This document shows positions 1 through 9,557 of a stretch of 64,000 bases of DNA, in pieces. The notes under the pieces are model-generated. The model did no database searches. It worked only from the letters and a program-made list of their open reading frames with translations, and was not told the DNA's origin. Each line of letters starts with the position of its first letter. Positions within the stretch are counted from its first letter, which is position 1. The stretch is from assembly GCA_047635315.1 (NCBI GenBank), contig JBLIIW010000001.1:225-64224 (forward strand), read 5' to 3'. The position numbers and the translations under genes are program-made. This DNA comes from Halieaceae bacterium. Lineage in GTDB: Bacteria; Pseudomonadota; Gammaproteobacteria; Pseudomonadales; Halieaceae.

Positions 1-261
1 AAAGTAGCGTCCAACCATATCAACGCTGGGCGTGATGATCCCTCCCCAGGAATTGGGCCCAAGGGTTTCATCACTGATTACAAAGCGCCAAATTGCTCCG
101 CACAAATATGTTTCCAGCCAGTCATCACCCATGCTTCCCTGCAGCGAAAGCAGGTTTTCCTGCAGCCAGTTATCCCATGGAGTGACAAATTCCGTGGGCA
201 GCGCCTGCCAGATAAAATCGCCGTGAGCTGGCAGCTTGCCAAAACAGCCGACTTCGTTCAT
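1..261 (-). CDS. tagF: T6SS-associated protein TagF/ImpM (N-terminal part; runs off window)
   Basis: Not in the ORF track; manual translation gives MNEVGCFGKLPAHGDFIWQALPTEFVTPWDNWLQ...WRFVI...GIITPSVDMVGRYF, with the TagF GKLP-x-GDF and PSVD-x-VGR-x-F motifs; ATG overlaps the tssM stop (ATGA). Confidence 0.9.
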   Translation of the reverse strand, partial: MNEVGCFGKLPAHGDFIWQALPTEFVTPWDNWLQENLLSLQGSMGDDWLETYLCGAIWRFVISDETLGPNSWGGIITPSVDMVGRYF

Positions 262-3200
262 AGGGAGTCCCGGCATTGGTACTTGCTGAGCAATCCGGGA
301 TAGAAGGGACTGACGCCGGTGTCAGTGCTCAGGCGGAATACCGCCCGGTGGGTGCCCTCGGTGAGGGTGATGAATTGATTGTTGGCGTCACTCGATGCGC
401 TCGCGCCCCCGGTGTCCGCGAGGCGGAAAATAGCCCAGGGGCCGGGTATAGTCTGGGTGCGACGGGATCCATCCTCGAGTACGAAGGTGACGGTGATGCC
501 ACGCTTTCCGTCCGGCCAGTTGAGTTCCATGGGAACCGGCGGACCGTGCCGGTAGCGTACGGATTGTCCGTCGCCCGATTCGATGAACACCTGTGCAATG
601 CTGTCGTCAACTTCGACGCTGGTAAGTTGATAGGCGAAGCCTGCAGACGTGCCGCTGGCGAAGAACGCGTCGCGGACTCGTTCGCCCTGACGGATCGTCC
701 ACAGGGTGGATTTACTGAACTGACTGCGATTCTCCGAGAGCATGGGTGCCAGTTCATCCGCAACAAAGCGCTCCTCAATGCCACCGGGTGCGAAGAACTC
801 TTCAAAATCGATGATCGGCACATCCCGTTCGGCGTCACCGGTGAAGGGAAAGCGACCTCTAAAGGCCTCATTGCAGCTTTGCGCGACCTCTCGGCGCCAC
901 AATTTATTGACGCTTGCCATGCGGTTCGCGCCGGCGGAGCCGCGCACCGCCTGAGCGATATTGATCGTCCAGTCGGAGAAGGGCGTCGGCAGTTCTTCCG
1001 CCGTCTGTAAAAGCTGGTCCACCGGCTCGTTACCCTTGGCGCCGCGAGCCAGCCATTGGCGCAGTTCGGCAATTTCCCGGAGCAGTCGTGCATTCTTGCT
1101 CGCCGACTCGCCATCCAGCATGTAGCCATACTCGGAGAAAGCGCTATCGACTGTCTCGGGTATATCGACAACGTCAATGTCCGGAGCGAGACGACTCAGT
1201 CTGTCGAGATTTCTTCCCAGAACGCCACCCTTTCGACGCAGTACTTCCCCGGCCAATGTTGCGGCCTCCTCGCTCCCGCCGGTTTCTGGCAGTGAGGTCT
1301 CGCTAGCCACCAGGTTCAGCAGCATGGACATGGGAGACAGCGCCGGCTCAGAGAGGTGGCGCAGAACAATCGGCAGGCGGGTGCTGTCAATGGCCTTAAG
1401 GTCGACTCCCGTGAGCACGTTCTGCCACTGGTTGATGTAGTCGCGTGCATAGAGCCCTTTGGACTCTTCTACAGCACGCGCGAGTTCTACGGGTGAGGGC
1501 TGTGAGCCCTCGCCGAGCACCCAGCGGTCGCCCATCCATGACAGCACCCAATCAGCCTGCAAACCAAAGCTCGAATCCTTGTAGCCGGCCAGGGTGTAGA
1601 GGCGCTGTACCGTAAGCGTATCGTCGCCTGCGTCCTCAAAGACGGTATTGAAGTAGGGGCCGAGGTCGCCACTCAGGTCGATGGTCCCCGTGCCGCTTTC
1701 AGCTTTGAGCTTGCTGTACAATTGGCGACCCTGCGAAACGCGTATGAGTCGGTCACGACTTCGTTGCACCGCGTCCTCATCGTAGGTATCGAGCGCGTAG
1801 TCTTCCTGCTCTATAAGTAGATTCAGCAGGTGTCGAGCGGCCTCCTCGCGCACCGGTTCCTCCAGACCAGCAAGCGGCGTTGTGGTGATCCATGAGGTCA
1901 GCCAGCTGTTATCGCGATGCTCTGGCATAGCGAGCATCAGGTAGGCTTTCAGGGAATCGAAGCGCTCCTGAAAGGAGGCGCCATTACCGGCCTCTACGTT
2001 GCCTATCGCTCGCGCGGCCAGGCTGGGCGCCACCAGGGCCGCCACGGCGCGTAGGTAAGCCGCGTCCGACGCGTCATCAATGGAATCGTCGTACATGCCG
2101 AGACTGCCCAGCCAGGGGTGCTCCTGGCTGTCAAATACGCTGGTGGCTGACTCGAGGTACTGCAGTGCGTAAAGATTCTCTATGAGCGAGCGGTCAAGCC
2201 CGCGCGGAGATTCCTCAAAGTCTGTGATGTTCGCCTTGGCATCGCCAATTAGCGTTTTGTGCACGCCGAAGGCGCTGCTCCAGACAACAGCCAGCCCCAC
2301 GCCCAGGGCGATGATGCCTGCAAAAGCAACTGCGCGAAGCCTGCGTATACGCCTTTCGTAAGCGTTGTTGGTGCCGGCCAGAAACGATTCTTGAAACACC
2401 ACCTGGGGAAAGAGCTTGCGCAGGAAAAGGCTTCGCGATTGCGTCGCGGCCGAGGATATCTGACCGCCACTGATGCCAAAGCCCGAGGCTACGCCGCCCA
2501 CCAGCTTCTCGATGGGCGTCCCTTCCTGCACGGCGCTGCTTAAATAAACCCCGCGAAGGGTTGCAGAGTCCCGCAGGTCGCCTTGGGAGAAGACCTCGGT
2601 AACAAACTGCTCAACGCGGGCTGCTACTGCATCGAGCTGCCAGGGGAAGCTGTAGATGGCCCGCCGTCTGCGCACGTCGCGCTCGTAGCGCAGTTTGGCC
2701 GGCATCTGTTGATGCAGCCGGGCTACCAGATCGCGCAGGTCTCCCTGCAACTCTTGAGTACCCAGTTCCAGAGACAGGGTCGTGCCCCAGATTTGCTCCT
2801 CGTCCTCGCTGTCGAGGTGGTCGAAAAACTCCCGACAGCCGGCCAGCAGGTCGACCTTGGTGACCATCAGGTAGACCGGGAAATTCATTTGTAGTTCTTT
2901 TGTGAGTTCACGCAGGCGTCGGGCAATGGTGCTTGCGTGATTCCTCCATTGCTCATCATTCATGTTCAGCAGCTCTTCCGTGCTGAGAACCAGGATCGCA
3001 CCATTAATAGGCTGCCGTTTGCGATGCTTCCTGAGTAGTGCGAGGAAGTTTTTCCAGCCCTTGGAGTCGCGACCCGCGTCGCTGTCCTGGGTTGTATAGC
3101 GCCCGGCCGTGTCGAGTAACACGGCCTGCTCGGTAATCCACCAGTCGCAGTTGCGCGTGCCGCCCACACCGCCAATGCTCGCACCCTGAGTGAGTTCTTC

Positions 3201-3647
3201 AAGGGGAAACTCCAGGCCAGACTGGCGAATAGCCGTTGTCTTACCCGAGCCGGGGGACCCGATCACGACGTACCAGGGCAGTTCATACAAGTGCACGCGC
3301 TTGCCGCGGGCTCCAAACTGCTGGCCCTTGATATGCTGGCTTGCGCTGCGAAACTTGTCCTGAAGACGCTGTTCCTCGTCCGTCAGGTTCGCCTGATCGA
3401 TGCTGGGGTCGTCTCCGGTCATTTCTTCAATGACCCGGCTATTGGTTCGACGGGCCCCCATGCGTGCCAGCCCGTAAACGCCCAGAACGATCAAGGTGAT
3501 GACCAGCAAGATGAGCGTGCGGGCGGGCCAGGACAGGCTGGCCGGTGGATCGCCCGCCTTGAGGAAGCCTGAGCCGACCCAGGTGGCCAGCAGGAGACAG
3601 ATCAGGCCGAGGCCGATCCAGAAACGAGCGTCTCTAAAAACCTTCAT
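258..3647 (-). CDS. tssM: T6SS membrane subunit TssM (IcmF)
   Basis: 1129 aa; LPWYVVIGSPGSGKTT Walker A, GTRNCDWW, LLDTAGRYTTQDS; N-terminal TM helices plus a third TM. Confidence 0.96.
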   Translation of the reverse strand: MKVFRDARFWIGLGLICLLLATWVGSGFLKAGDPPASLSWPARTLILLVITLIVLGVYGLARMGARRTNSRVIEEMTGDDPSIDQANLTDEEQRLQDKFRSASQHIKGQQFGARGKRVHLYELPWYVVIGSPGSGKTTAIRQSGLEFPLEELTQGASIGGVGGTRNCDWWITEQAVLLDTAGRYTTQDSDAGRDSKGWKNFLALLRKHRKRQPINGAILVLSTEELLNMNDEQWRNHASTIARRLRELTKELQMNFPVYLMVTKVDLLAGCREFFDHLDSEDEEQIWGTTLSLELGTQELQGDLRDLVARLHQQMPAKLRYERDVRRRRAIYSFPWQLDAVAARVEQFVTEVFSQGDLRDSATLRGVYLSSAVQEGTPIEKLVGGVASGFGISGGQISSAATQSRSLFLRKLFPQVVFQESFLAGTNNAYERRIRRLRAVAFAGIIALGVGLAVVWSSAFGVHKTLIGDAKANITDFEESPRGLDRSLIENLYALQYLESATSVFDSQEHPWLGSLGMYDDSIDDASDAAYLRAVAALVAPSLAARAIGNVEAGNGASFQERFDSLKAYLMLAMPEHRDNSWLTSWITTTPLAGLEEPVREEAARHLLNLLIEQEDYALDTYDEDAVQRSRDRLIRVSQGRQLYSKLKAESGTGTIDLSGDLGPYFNTVFEDAGDDTLTVQRLYTLAGYKDSSFGLQADWVLSWMGDRWVLGEGSQPSPVELARAVEESKGLYARDYINQWQNVLTGVDLKAIDSTRLPIVLRHLSEPALSPMSMLLNLVASETSLPETGGSEEAATLAGEVLRRKGGVLGRNLDRLSRLAPDIDVVDIPETVDSAFSEYGYMLDGESASKNARLLREIAELRQWLARGAKGNEPVDQLLQTAEELPTPFSDWTINIAQAVRGSAGANRMASVNKLWRREVAQSCNEAFRGRFPFTGDAERDVPIIDFEEFFAPGGIEERFVADELAPMLSENRSQFSKSTLWTIRQGERVRDAFFASGTSAGFAYQLTSVEVDDSIAQVFIESGDGQSVRYRHGPPVPMELNWPDGKRGITVTFVLEDGSRRTQTIPGPWAIFRLADTGGASASSDANNQFITLTEGTHRAVFRLSTDTGVSPFYPGLLSKYQCRDSL

Positions 3648-3680
3648 AGTGAATAACCCTGAAATTGTTTATCTGATAAA

Positions 3681-4538
3681 TCAGGACTCGGATACATCGG
3701 TCTGGATCGTATCGAGCCGGTCAACCAATCCAACCGTGCCGTTGTACATCCACGTGCGCAGGCCTGCGTAGGTCATCAGCGTCAGTGCCAATACCACGCT
3801 GCATACGGCCCACAGCGGTACTTGTCCGCGCAGTGAAGGTGAGGCCGCTTCAGACAAATGATCCTTGGTGGACAGGGATCTCGGCGACGTCCTGCCGCCA
3901 TAGGCGTCCTGATACACGCGCTCCCGGAGCGTTTCGAGGCGCGCGTCCCCGGAGGGGTCAAGCTGGTACTTGCCCCGGAAGCCCAGGTTGAGAAGCACAT
4001 AGAGGAGCTCGATGAGTTCCCGGTATTCACTGGGTCTGGCCAGCATCTGGTCCAGAAGGTCGAAGAAGCGCTCGCCGCCGCTTGTTTCGTTATGATAAAC
4101 ACGCAAAAGAGAGCGTTCTCCCCAGCCACTTTCGGCTCCCCAGGGCGTATCAAGGATGGCTTCGTCCAGCGCGGAGCAGAGCACATATCTTGCCGTGAGC
4201 CCCTCTTCATTGCGCACGCCGCTTTGCTTGAGATTGTGATCGAAGTCGGATATTTCGCTGGCGAGTTCCTGCTGCAGCTGGGCGACATTGGGGTGGGAAA
4301 GCGTATTGCTGAGCGCCCCATACACGGTGATCAGCTTGTTGGCAGCTGCCAGCAGGCGGTTTTCCTGTGAGCCTAGAGTGGCCTGCAACCCTTGCGGTAT
4401 GCGCTCAGAACCTGGGGCCGATGGAGCCGATGGGGCTAAGGGCGCTGAGGGTGCCCCTGCTTCCTTGCGCAGGCGTCGCCCGGGGTTGGGTATGAGCATT
4501 GTTGCATTGGGGTCTCGCCCCGGTGTGTTGTCGTCCAT
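3681..4538 (-). CDS. tssL: T6SS protein TssL (DotU), no OmpA domain
   Basis: ARYVLCSALDEA, ETSGGERFF, LGFRGKY DotU motifs; single C-terminal TM. Confidence 0.94.
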   Translation of the reverse strand: MDDNTPGRDPNATMLIPNPGRRLRKEAGAPSAPLAPSAPSAPGSERIPQGLQATLGSQENRLLAAANKLITVYGALSNTLSHPNVAQLQQELASEISDFDHNLKQSGVRNEEGLTARYVLCSALDEAILDTPWGAESGWGERSLLRVYHNETSGGERFFDLLDQMLARPSEYRELIELLYVLLNLGFRGKYQLDPSGDARLETLRERVYQDAYGGRTSPRSLSTKDHLSEAASPSLRGQVPLWAVCSVVLALTLMTYAGLRTWMYNGTVGLVDRLDTIQTDVSES

Positions 4539-4549
4539 GCTGAGCCTCC

Positions 4550-5881
4550 TTAGGGTTCTCTGATCGCCCAGAATTCGAGTTCCAGGCCGGGGAAGCCCTC
4601 ACCAATATGAATTGCGAATCCACCCGAGTTGATGATACTTGACCAGTGATCGCTGGTTTTGTCGAGACTAAAATAGGCGAATCCCGAATGATAGGGCAGC
4701 TGCGGCGGCGCAACGGGGAGCGGTATCAGCTTGATACCCGGGAGTGCCAGATTCACCAGTTCGCGAATTTTCTCCACGCTGCTGACCTTGCACAAGTTGG
4801 GGAACAACTGGCGCAGTTTGTCCGCGTCCATGTCGGCCTTCGCGGCCAGAACGAACTGCGCCGAGCCCACCAGGCTGCGATCGTTTATGGCGGAAACGCG
4901 AATTCCAAAGTTGCGCATGACCAGCGGCAGCGAAATGGCGTTGCGTTCGATGACTTTGCTCAAGGACTGCCTCAGGCTGGCGACAATGGGTGCAAAGCTG
5001 TCCTGCAGGTTGTCGTGCATATACAGCGGGAAGGGCGGCGGGCGTTTTGACTTGCTGCCGAAGGTCGACAATTCGCCCGCCATGGCCGCGTAGAGCAGAT
5101 AGAGCTGGTGCGGGTGCATGCGACCCTGGCCCTCGAAATGGGAGACCAGGGGCACATAGCGGTTGATGACCGTCAGCATCAGGTAGTCTGCAAACTCCGC
5201 GGAGCTGATGCTGTTGCTGTCGGATATGTTTGCGGCCAATGCTTCGGCGCGATTCTGCAGCAACCCGGAAAGCTCACTCTGAAAGCTCGACAGGCGCTCG
5301 GAAACGGCGATGTCCAGGCAGGGCGGAACAAAATTCTCATCCAGTATCACGCTGGAGTCTTCGCGTCTTTCGAGAATCCTGGCGATGGGCAGCACGGCGA
5401 ACCCCGATAGATCCGAGGTATCAGTGAGAACGCGCAGTGCCGGCGCGGCGACGTCCAGGGAATTCTTTTCGCTGTTCGGGTTTACCTCATCGCCTACGCT
5501 GCTGTCGGTAATGATGTAACGGGAAACGCCGCCCTCTGCAGGATAGGAATAGTTCACGCCGCCCAGTCGGTGCCGCGGGATAGCCAGACAGACTACACAG
5601 TTGCGGGTCTGTTCAGGTATGTCCAGCAGCGCGGGCTGCGTATCCTCCTGGGGAACATTGAAGCAGTGCCCATCCGGCATGATGCCCCTGGCGCGTCGAA
5701 TGGATATTTTTCCTTGGCGTAGCAGATCCGTGTCCAGTGCCAGCTCTGAGAAGCCGGAGCCGTAAGGCGAGCTTTGCCAGTATGTTTCTTGCAGCAGGTG
5801 GCTGAAGTGCCTGTCCTGCTGTTGAAAGTGCTGCGGTTGGAGGAACATACCCTCCGACCAGACGACCTTGTGCGTGGACAT
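4550..5881 (-). CDS. tssK: T6SS baseplate subunit TssK
   Basis: KVVWSEGMFLQPQHFQQQDR N-terminus; LELEFWAIR C-terminus; 443 aa. Confidence 0.96.
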   Translation of the reverse strand: MSTHKVVWSEGMFLQPQHFQQQDRHFSHLLQETYWQSSPYGSGFSELALDTDLLRQGKISIRRARGIMPDGHCFNVPQEDTQPALLDIPEQTRNCVVCLAIPRHRLGGVNYSYPAEGGVSRYIITDSSVGDEVNPNSEKNSLDVAAPALRVLTDTSDLSGFAVLPIARILERREDSSVILDENFVPPCLDIAVSERLSSFQSELSGLLQNRAEALAANISDSNSISSAEFADYLMLTVINRYVPLVSHFEGQGRMHPHQLYLLYAAMAGELSTFGSKSKRPPPFPLYMHDNLQDSFAPIVASLRQSLSKVIERNAISLPLVMRNFGIRVSAINDRSLVGSAQFVLAAKADMDADKLRQLFPNLCKVSSVEKIRELVNLALPGIKLIPLPVAPPQLPYHSGFAYFSLDKTSDHWSSIINSGGFAIHIGEGFPGLELEFWAIREP

Positions 5882-6038
5882 TATTCGCTTACTCCGGACA
5901 ACGCGACGTTGCGGTCGGCTTCTTCACCGCTAATACCCCGGATGGGTTGGCAGCGACCGCGCATCAGAATTCCCCTCTATCATCCCACAACGTGACCTCT
6001 GCAGGAATCTCGGCGGTTGAGGGAGAGTCTACTGACGG

Positions 6039-6067
6039 TTGACGGGTTCCTGCTGGTGACATAGCGT
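6039..6067 (+). promoter_or_regulatory. Putative sigma70 promoter for the phosphatase operon
   Basis: TTGACG-17 nt-TAGCGT, 34 nt upstream of ATG 6101. Confidence 0.45.
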
Positions 6068-6100
6068 TGGCGTCCAATGATGTTCAGGAAAGGCATTCGC

Positions 6101-6826
6101 ATGACGCTTGCTGCTCCAAATGGCCAGTGGCGCTGCGCCGGCATTACCGATGTTGGCAAGCTGCGTAAGCATAATGAAGATGCGCTGCTGAACCGGGCAG
6201 ATCTTGGCCTGTGGGTGGTGGCCGATGGCATGGGCGGCCACCAGAGAGGCGAAGTGGCCAGCGCGCTTTTGTGCGCTGAGCTTGCCCGAATTCCCGGTAA
6301 CCTGTCACTCGCGGGCGCGGTGGACGCTATTGATGAGCGTACCCTGGAGGTCAATGCTCGTCTCGTGGCCATGGCTGCTGAAATGGATGAGGGCGCCGTC
6401 ATCGGTTGCACATTGGTAGCGATGGTCGCCAGGGGGGCTTTTTGTGCTTGTCTCTGGGCTGGCGACTCGCGTCTGTATCGCCTGCGCCAGGGACAGTTGT
6501 ATCTGCTGAGCGAAGACCACAGCCCGAACAGTCACTACGGCTCGGCGGGCGATACGGTCACTTCTGTGAAGAGCAACTTCATTACGCGCGCTGTGGGAGC
6601 CGATAGCAGTCTGCACCTCGATGTGGACTGCTTTGCACTCGAGGTGCGTGATCGGTTTCTGCTTTGTTCAGATGGGCTTAGCGATGAAATCAGCGATAGC
6701 GGTATTTCGACACTCCTTGCGGGAGGTGACTGTGACGAGTCGGCCGAGCGTTTGGTGGCAGAGGCGCTGCGCAACGGCGGGCGTGATAACGTCACTGCCG
6801 TAATTTTGGATTATTGTGGTGCTTGA
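6101..6826 (+). CDS. pppA: PP2C/PPM Ser/Thr phosphatase, T6SS PppA-like
   Basis: TDVGKLRKHNEDA, VADGMGGH, WAGDSRLY, LLCSDGL, GGRDNVT motifs; AGGAAAGG RBS before ATG 6101 (alternative start 6077). Confidence 0.88.
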   Translation: MTLAAPNGQWRCAGITDVGKLRKHNEDALLNRADLGLWVVADGMGGHQRGEVASALLCAELARIPGNLSLAGAVDAIDERTLEVNARLVAMAAEMDEGAVIGCTLVAMVARGAFCACLWAGDSRLYRLRQGQLYLLSEDHSPNSHYGSAGDTVTSVKSNFITRAVGADSSLHLDVDCFALEVRDRFLLCSDGLSDEISDSGISTLLAGGDCDESAERLVAEALRNGGRDNVTAVILDYCGA

Positions 6827-6889
6827 AAGGCAGAAAATATGGCAACTCCCCGGTACAGCTTGTCCGATGTGTAAATTGGGCGCTCGAGA

Positions 6890-7558
6890 GTGAAGTCAGC
6901 TGTTCGACAGCTTGCCTACGAGCACTTCCTCGATCTATTGGATCGAGACGAGTATCGGCGCAAGCGGACTGCCTTGATCGAGTCGCTGGTGCAAGGCGCG
7001 GAAATTAGCGCCGCCCCCGAGCCGGTCGTCAGCGGGGGCGAGGTCGGAGGCGGGTTGCCTGCAGGCGGGGCCGGAGCGTTTGGGTCGAGCGAAGGCTTGG
7101 CCGGTATCGGCGTTGATCGTGCGGGGAACAGGCCCGACCTGCTGACCATCCCCATGGGTGGCGACGAAGTAAGTGAATTCATGGGTGGGGGTGGCGCCGG
7201 CAGTCAGGCCCTCAGGGGCGCTGATCTTGGGCATGCCCTAGCTGCCGGTGCGACGGGCCCTGGCTCTGCAAGGGGCCCTGGGGACGCGCTGTCTACGATA
7301 GATCCGCTGGACGCGCTCGCGGCGTTGGATGCCAAGCTGGATGGGGGTTCCCGGGACCGGGCGTCCGCGGGCTACGGCCGCGGGCAGGGAGATTTGCCGT
7401 CAAAAGCTGGTGCAGGCAGACGCGCCACAGGCGACCCTCGGCGAGTCCCCGCAAGTGCTGGCCGCTCGCGCCGGTTTAGCGCGCTCGAGATAGTGGTTGC
7501 GACACTGCTGACTATGGCTGTCGTTGTGCTGACAGCTGCGATGATCTTTATTAGCTAG
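6890..7558 (+). CDS. Hypothetical protein: short helical N-terminus, Gly/Ala-rich linker, C-terminal TM anchor
   Basis: 222-aa ORF filling the gap between pppA and tssA; ends in basic residues then a hydrophobic segment (RRFSALEIVVATLLTMAVVVLTAAMIFIS). Confidence 0.65.
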   Translation: MKSAVRQLAYEHFLDLLDRDEYRRKRTALIESLVQGAEISAAPEPVVSGGEVGGGLPAGGAGAFGSSEGLAGIGVDRAGNRPDLLTIPMGGDEVSEFMGGGGAGSQALRGADLGHALAAGATGPGSARGPGDALSTIDPLDALAALDAKLDGGSRDRASAGYGRGQGDLPSKAGAGRRATGDPRRVPASAGRSRRFSALEIVVATLLTMAVVVLTAAMIFIS

Positions 7559-7575
7559 CAGCGGGCGTGTGCTCC

Positions 7576-8712
7576 CTAGTAGTCATCTTCGTCCGAGCTT
7601 TCATTGTTTGGCATCCCGGTCATAAGGCGAAAGCGATCGCGGGCGTCCTCGTCGGGTATCCACTCTTCTATGAGTTTGTTCAGGGGCAAGTTAGCCCAGC
7701 GCATAAGGTTTTCCAAAGAGTAGGATAGCGGTGAGTGCGGCTCGGTTTCGCGAAAGTAATCGGCCACCAGGCGCAGGCGTTTCAGCGCGTCGCTGCGGCT
7801 CTGAACGGGTCCGGCGCCACCCTGGTTCTGCGCGGGCATTGCGCCTGCAACTGAGCCAGTCTCACCCCCTGCGGTTTCACCTTTTTCGTCTTCGCTGGCC
7901 TCAGCCAGCGCTTGCGCTGCGGCCTCAAGATGATCCTTGCCTACGGCGCGCGCGTTGGCGGCGAGACTCTCCAATGCTTCCCGGGTGCGGCTTGTTGAGG
8001 GGCCGTCGTAACCACACATCTCGGTGAAAGCGGCGTCCATATCCGCAAGCGCCGCCTGGCAACTCTCGACATCAGCGATAAGTTCGACATAAAAACTCAT
8101 GGGCGACTTGCGTGCGGCGTCCTCGATCTCTTGCAGCTCGGCTCCTGCGCCGCCGCCGCCCGTGGCGTAGGCCTGCGCCAGTTGATAGGAGAGGAAATCG
8201 TCATAGCCGGTACCGGTTATGGGCAGCCGCGGAATATGGCGTGCGACGGTGCCTGGTTGGTTGGCTCCGTCAAGACCGTTAAAGGCTGCGATACGGTCCT
8301 CAAGGCTGTCCGGGTCGCTGGGGTCCAGCGGTGGATTGAGGGAACCCCAATAGTCCCTGACCAAGCGCGCAGTCAGCGTCATGCCGTCGCGCATGCCGGC
8401 GATACCATGGGTTCTGACCAGCCCTTCGATGAGTAGTGCGCAAACCTCCAGATCCTTGGCGTGCTCCTCGAGGATCGATGCGGCCTGATCGACCACGGCC
8501 TGCCAGTTGGATTGCTGCGTGAAGGCGTCCACCGCCTCGCCGTCATCCATGGCGGAGTGATTGCCCCGCTCCGGGGTCATGGCTTCTTCGCGGCGATTCC
8601 TGAGTTCCTGATAGGGTGAATCAAAGCGGACATCGTCGCGCGGGTCATCGCCACAGGGGTTGTCGTCGCTCAGAGGCGCGCAGAGCGCGTCGATATCGAT
8701 TGCTGTTTCCAC
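7576..8712 (-). CDS. tssA: T6SS protein TssA (ImpA, short type)
   Basis: IDIDALCAPLSDDNPCGDDPR ImpA_N start, AKDLEV, C-terminal YFRETEPHSP; GTG start at 8712 after AAGGAAGGA. Confidence 0.93.
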   Translation of the reverse strand: METAIDIDALCAPLSDDNPCGDDPRDDVRFDSPYQELRNRREEAMTPERGNHSAMDDGEAVDAFTQQSNWQAVVDQAASILEEHAKDLEVCALLIEGLVRTHGIAGMRDGMTLTARLVRDYWGSLNPPLDPSDPDSLEDRIAAFNGLDGANQPGTVARHIPRLPITGTGYDDFLSYQLAQAYATGGGGAGAELQEIEDAARKSPMSFYVELIADVESCQAALADMDAAFTEMCGYDGPSTSRTREALESLAANARAVGKDHLEAAAQALAEASEDEKGETAGGETGSVAGAMPAQNQGGAGPVQSRSDALKRLRLVADYFRETEPHSPLSYSLENLMRWANLPLNKLIEEWIPDEDARDRFRLMTGMPNNESSDEDDY

Positions 8713-9018
8713 CGGTGTCCTTCCTTTTTGGTATGCAGTTCGCAAGACGGCTCGAAAGTACCGAAGGCGCCGCGCCACTTCAAGACTGTTTTAATGGTGC
8801 CAGAGTAAAATAAATTAATTCCCGTTCCTATCTGTGCAAGTGGTTACGACCGGTCGGATGTGGGCTAGTATTGATTCACCTAATCCAATATACCGGCCTG
8901 CGCTGTGAGTAAGAATAGGTCAAGCGTTTGATGCCGCTATAGCTTCCCTGGATCGGGACGGTCTTAGGTAGTATCGGCCGGGCAGTTTTCATACATTAGA
9001 CAACTTGGAGTTCTATCA

Positions 9019-9501
9019 ATGACCATATACATGAAAGCGGATGATATTAAGGGCGGCGTTACTGCTGACGGTTTTAAGGATGAGGTGCAGCTTTCCGATG
9101 TGAACTTCGGTATGAGCCGTCCCGTTGCCGGTATAGTGGGCAAGATGTCAGATCGCGGATCCGGTACTTGTAGCTTTAGCGACGTGATGTGTACTAAAGA
9201 GGTCGACTTCTCGACTTCGATGATTCTGAAGTCAGCCTTCGAGGGCACCGGCATCAAGGTGGTCTTGAGCTTTATGACCGCTGGCGACAAGCCGCAGAAG
9301 TACATGGAAGTCACCCTGATCGACGCGATCATCTCCTCACACAGCATCGGTGGCGGTGGTTACGACGATAAGCCCGTTGAGAGTTTTGGCCTCTCCTTCT
9401 CGAAAGTTGAGATTACGTTCCAGAAGTTCGACAAGCAGGGCAAGAACCCCGTGCCGGCGACGCTTGGCTACGATCTTGAGAAGGCGATCAAGCACTTGTA
9501 A
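9019..9501 (+). CDS. hcp: T6SS tube protein Hcp (TssD)
   Basis: 160 aa; IYMK..IKGGVTADG, PVESFGLSFSKVE, C-terminal GYDL; GGAG RBS. Confidence 0.92.
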   Translation: MTIYMKADDIKGGVTADGFKDEVQLSDVNFGMSRPVAGIVGKMSDRGSGTCSFSDVMCTKEVDFSTSMILKSAFEGTGIKVVLSFMTAGDKPQKYMEVTLIDAIISSHSIGGGGYDDKPVESFGLSFSKVEITFQKFDKQGKNPVPATLGYDLEKAIKHL

Positions 9502-9513
9502 CCCAGCGACTTA

Positions 9514-9557
9514 AGCCCTCTCGGCCTTCCCCTTTAAGGGGGATGAGCGAGGGGGCT
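9514..9557 (+). terminator. Stem-loop downstream of hcp (terminator or mRNA stabiliser)
   Basis: AGCCCTCTCG...CGAGGGGGCT outer stem with TCCCCT/AGGGGGA inner stem; no clear U-tract. Confidence 0.5.
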
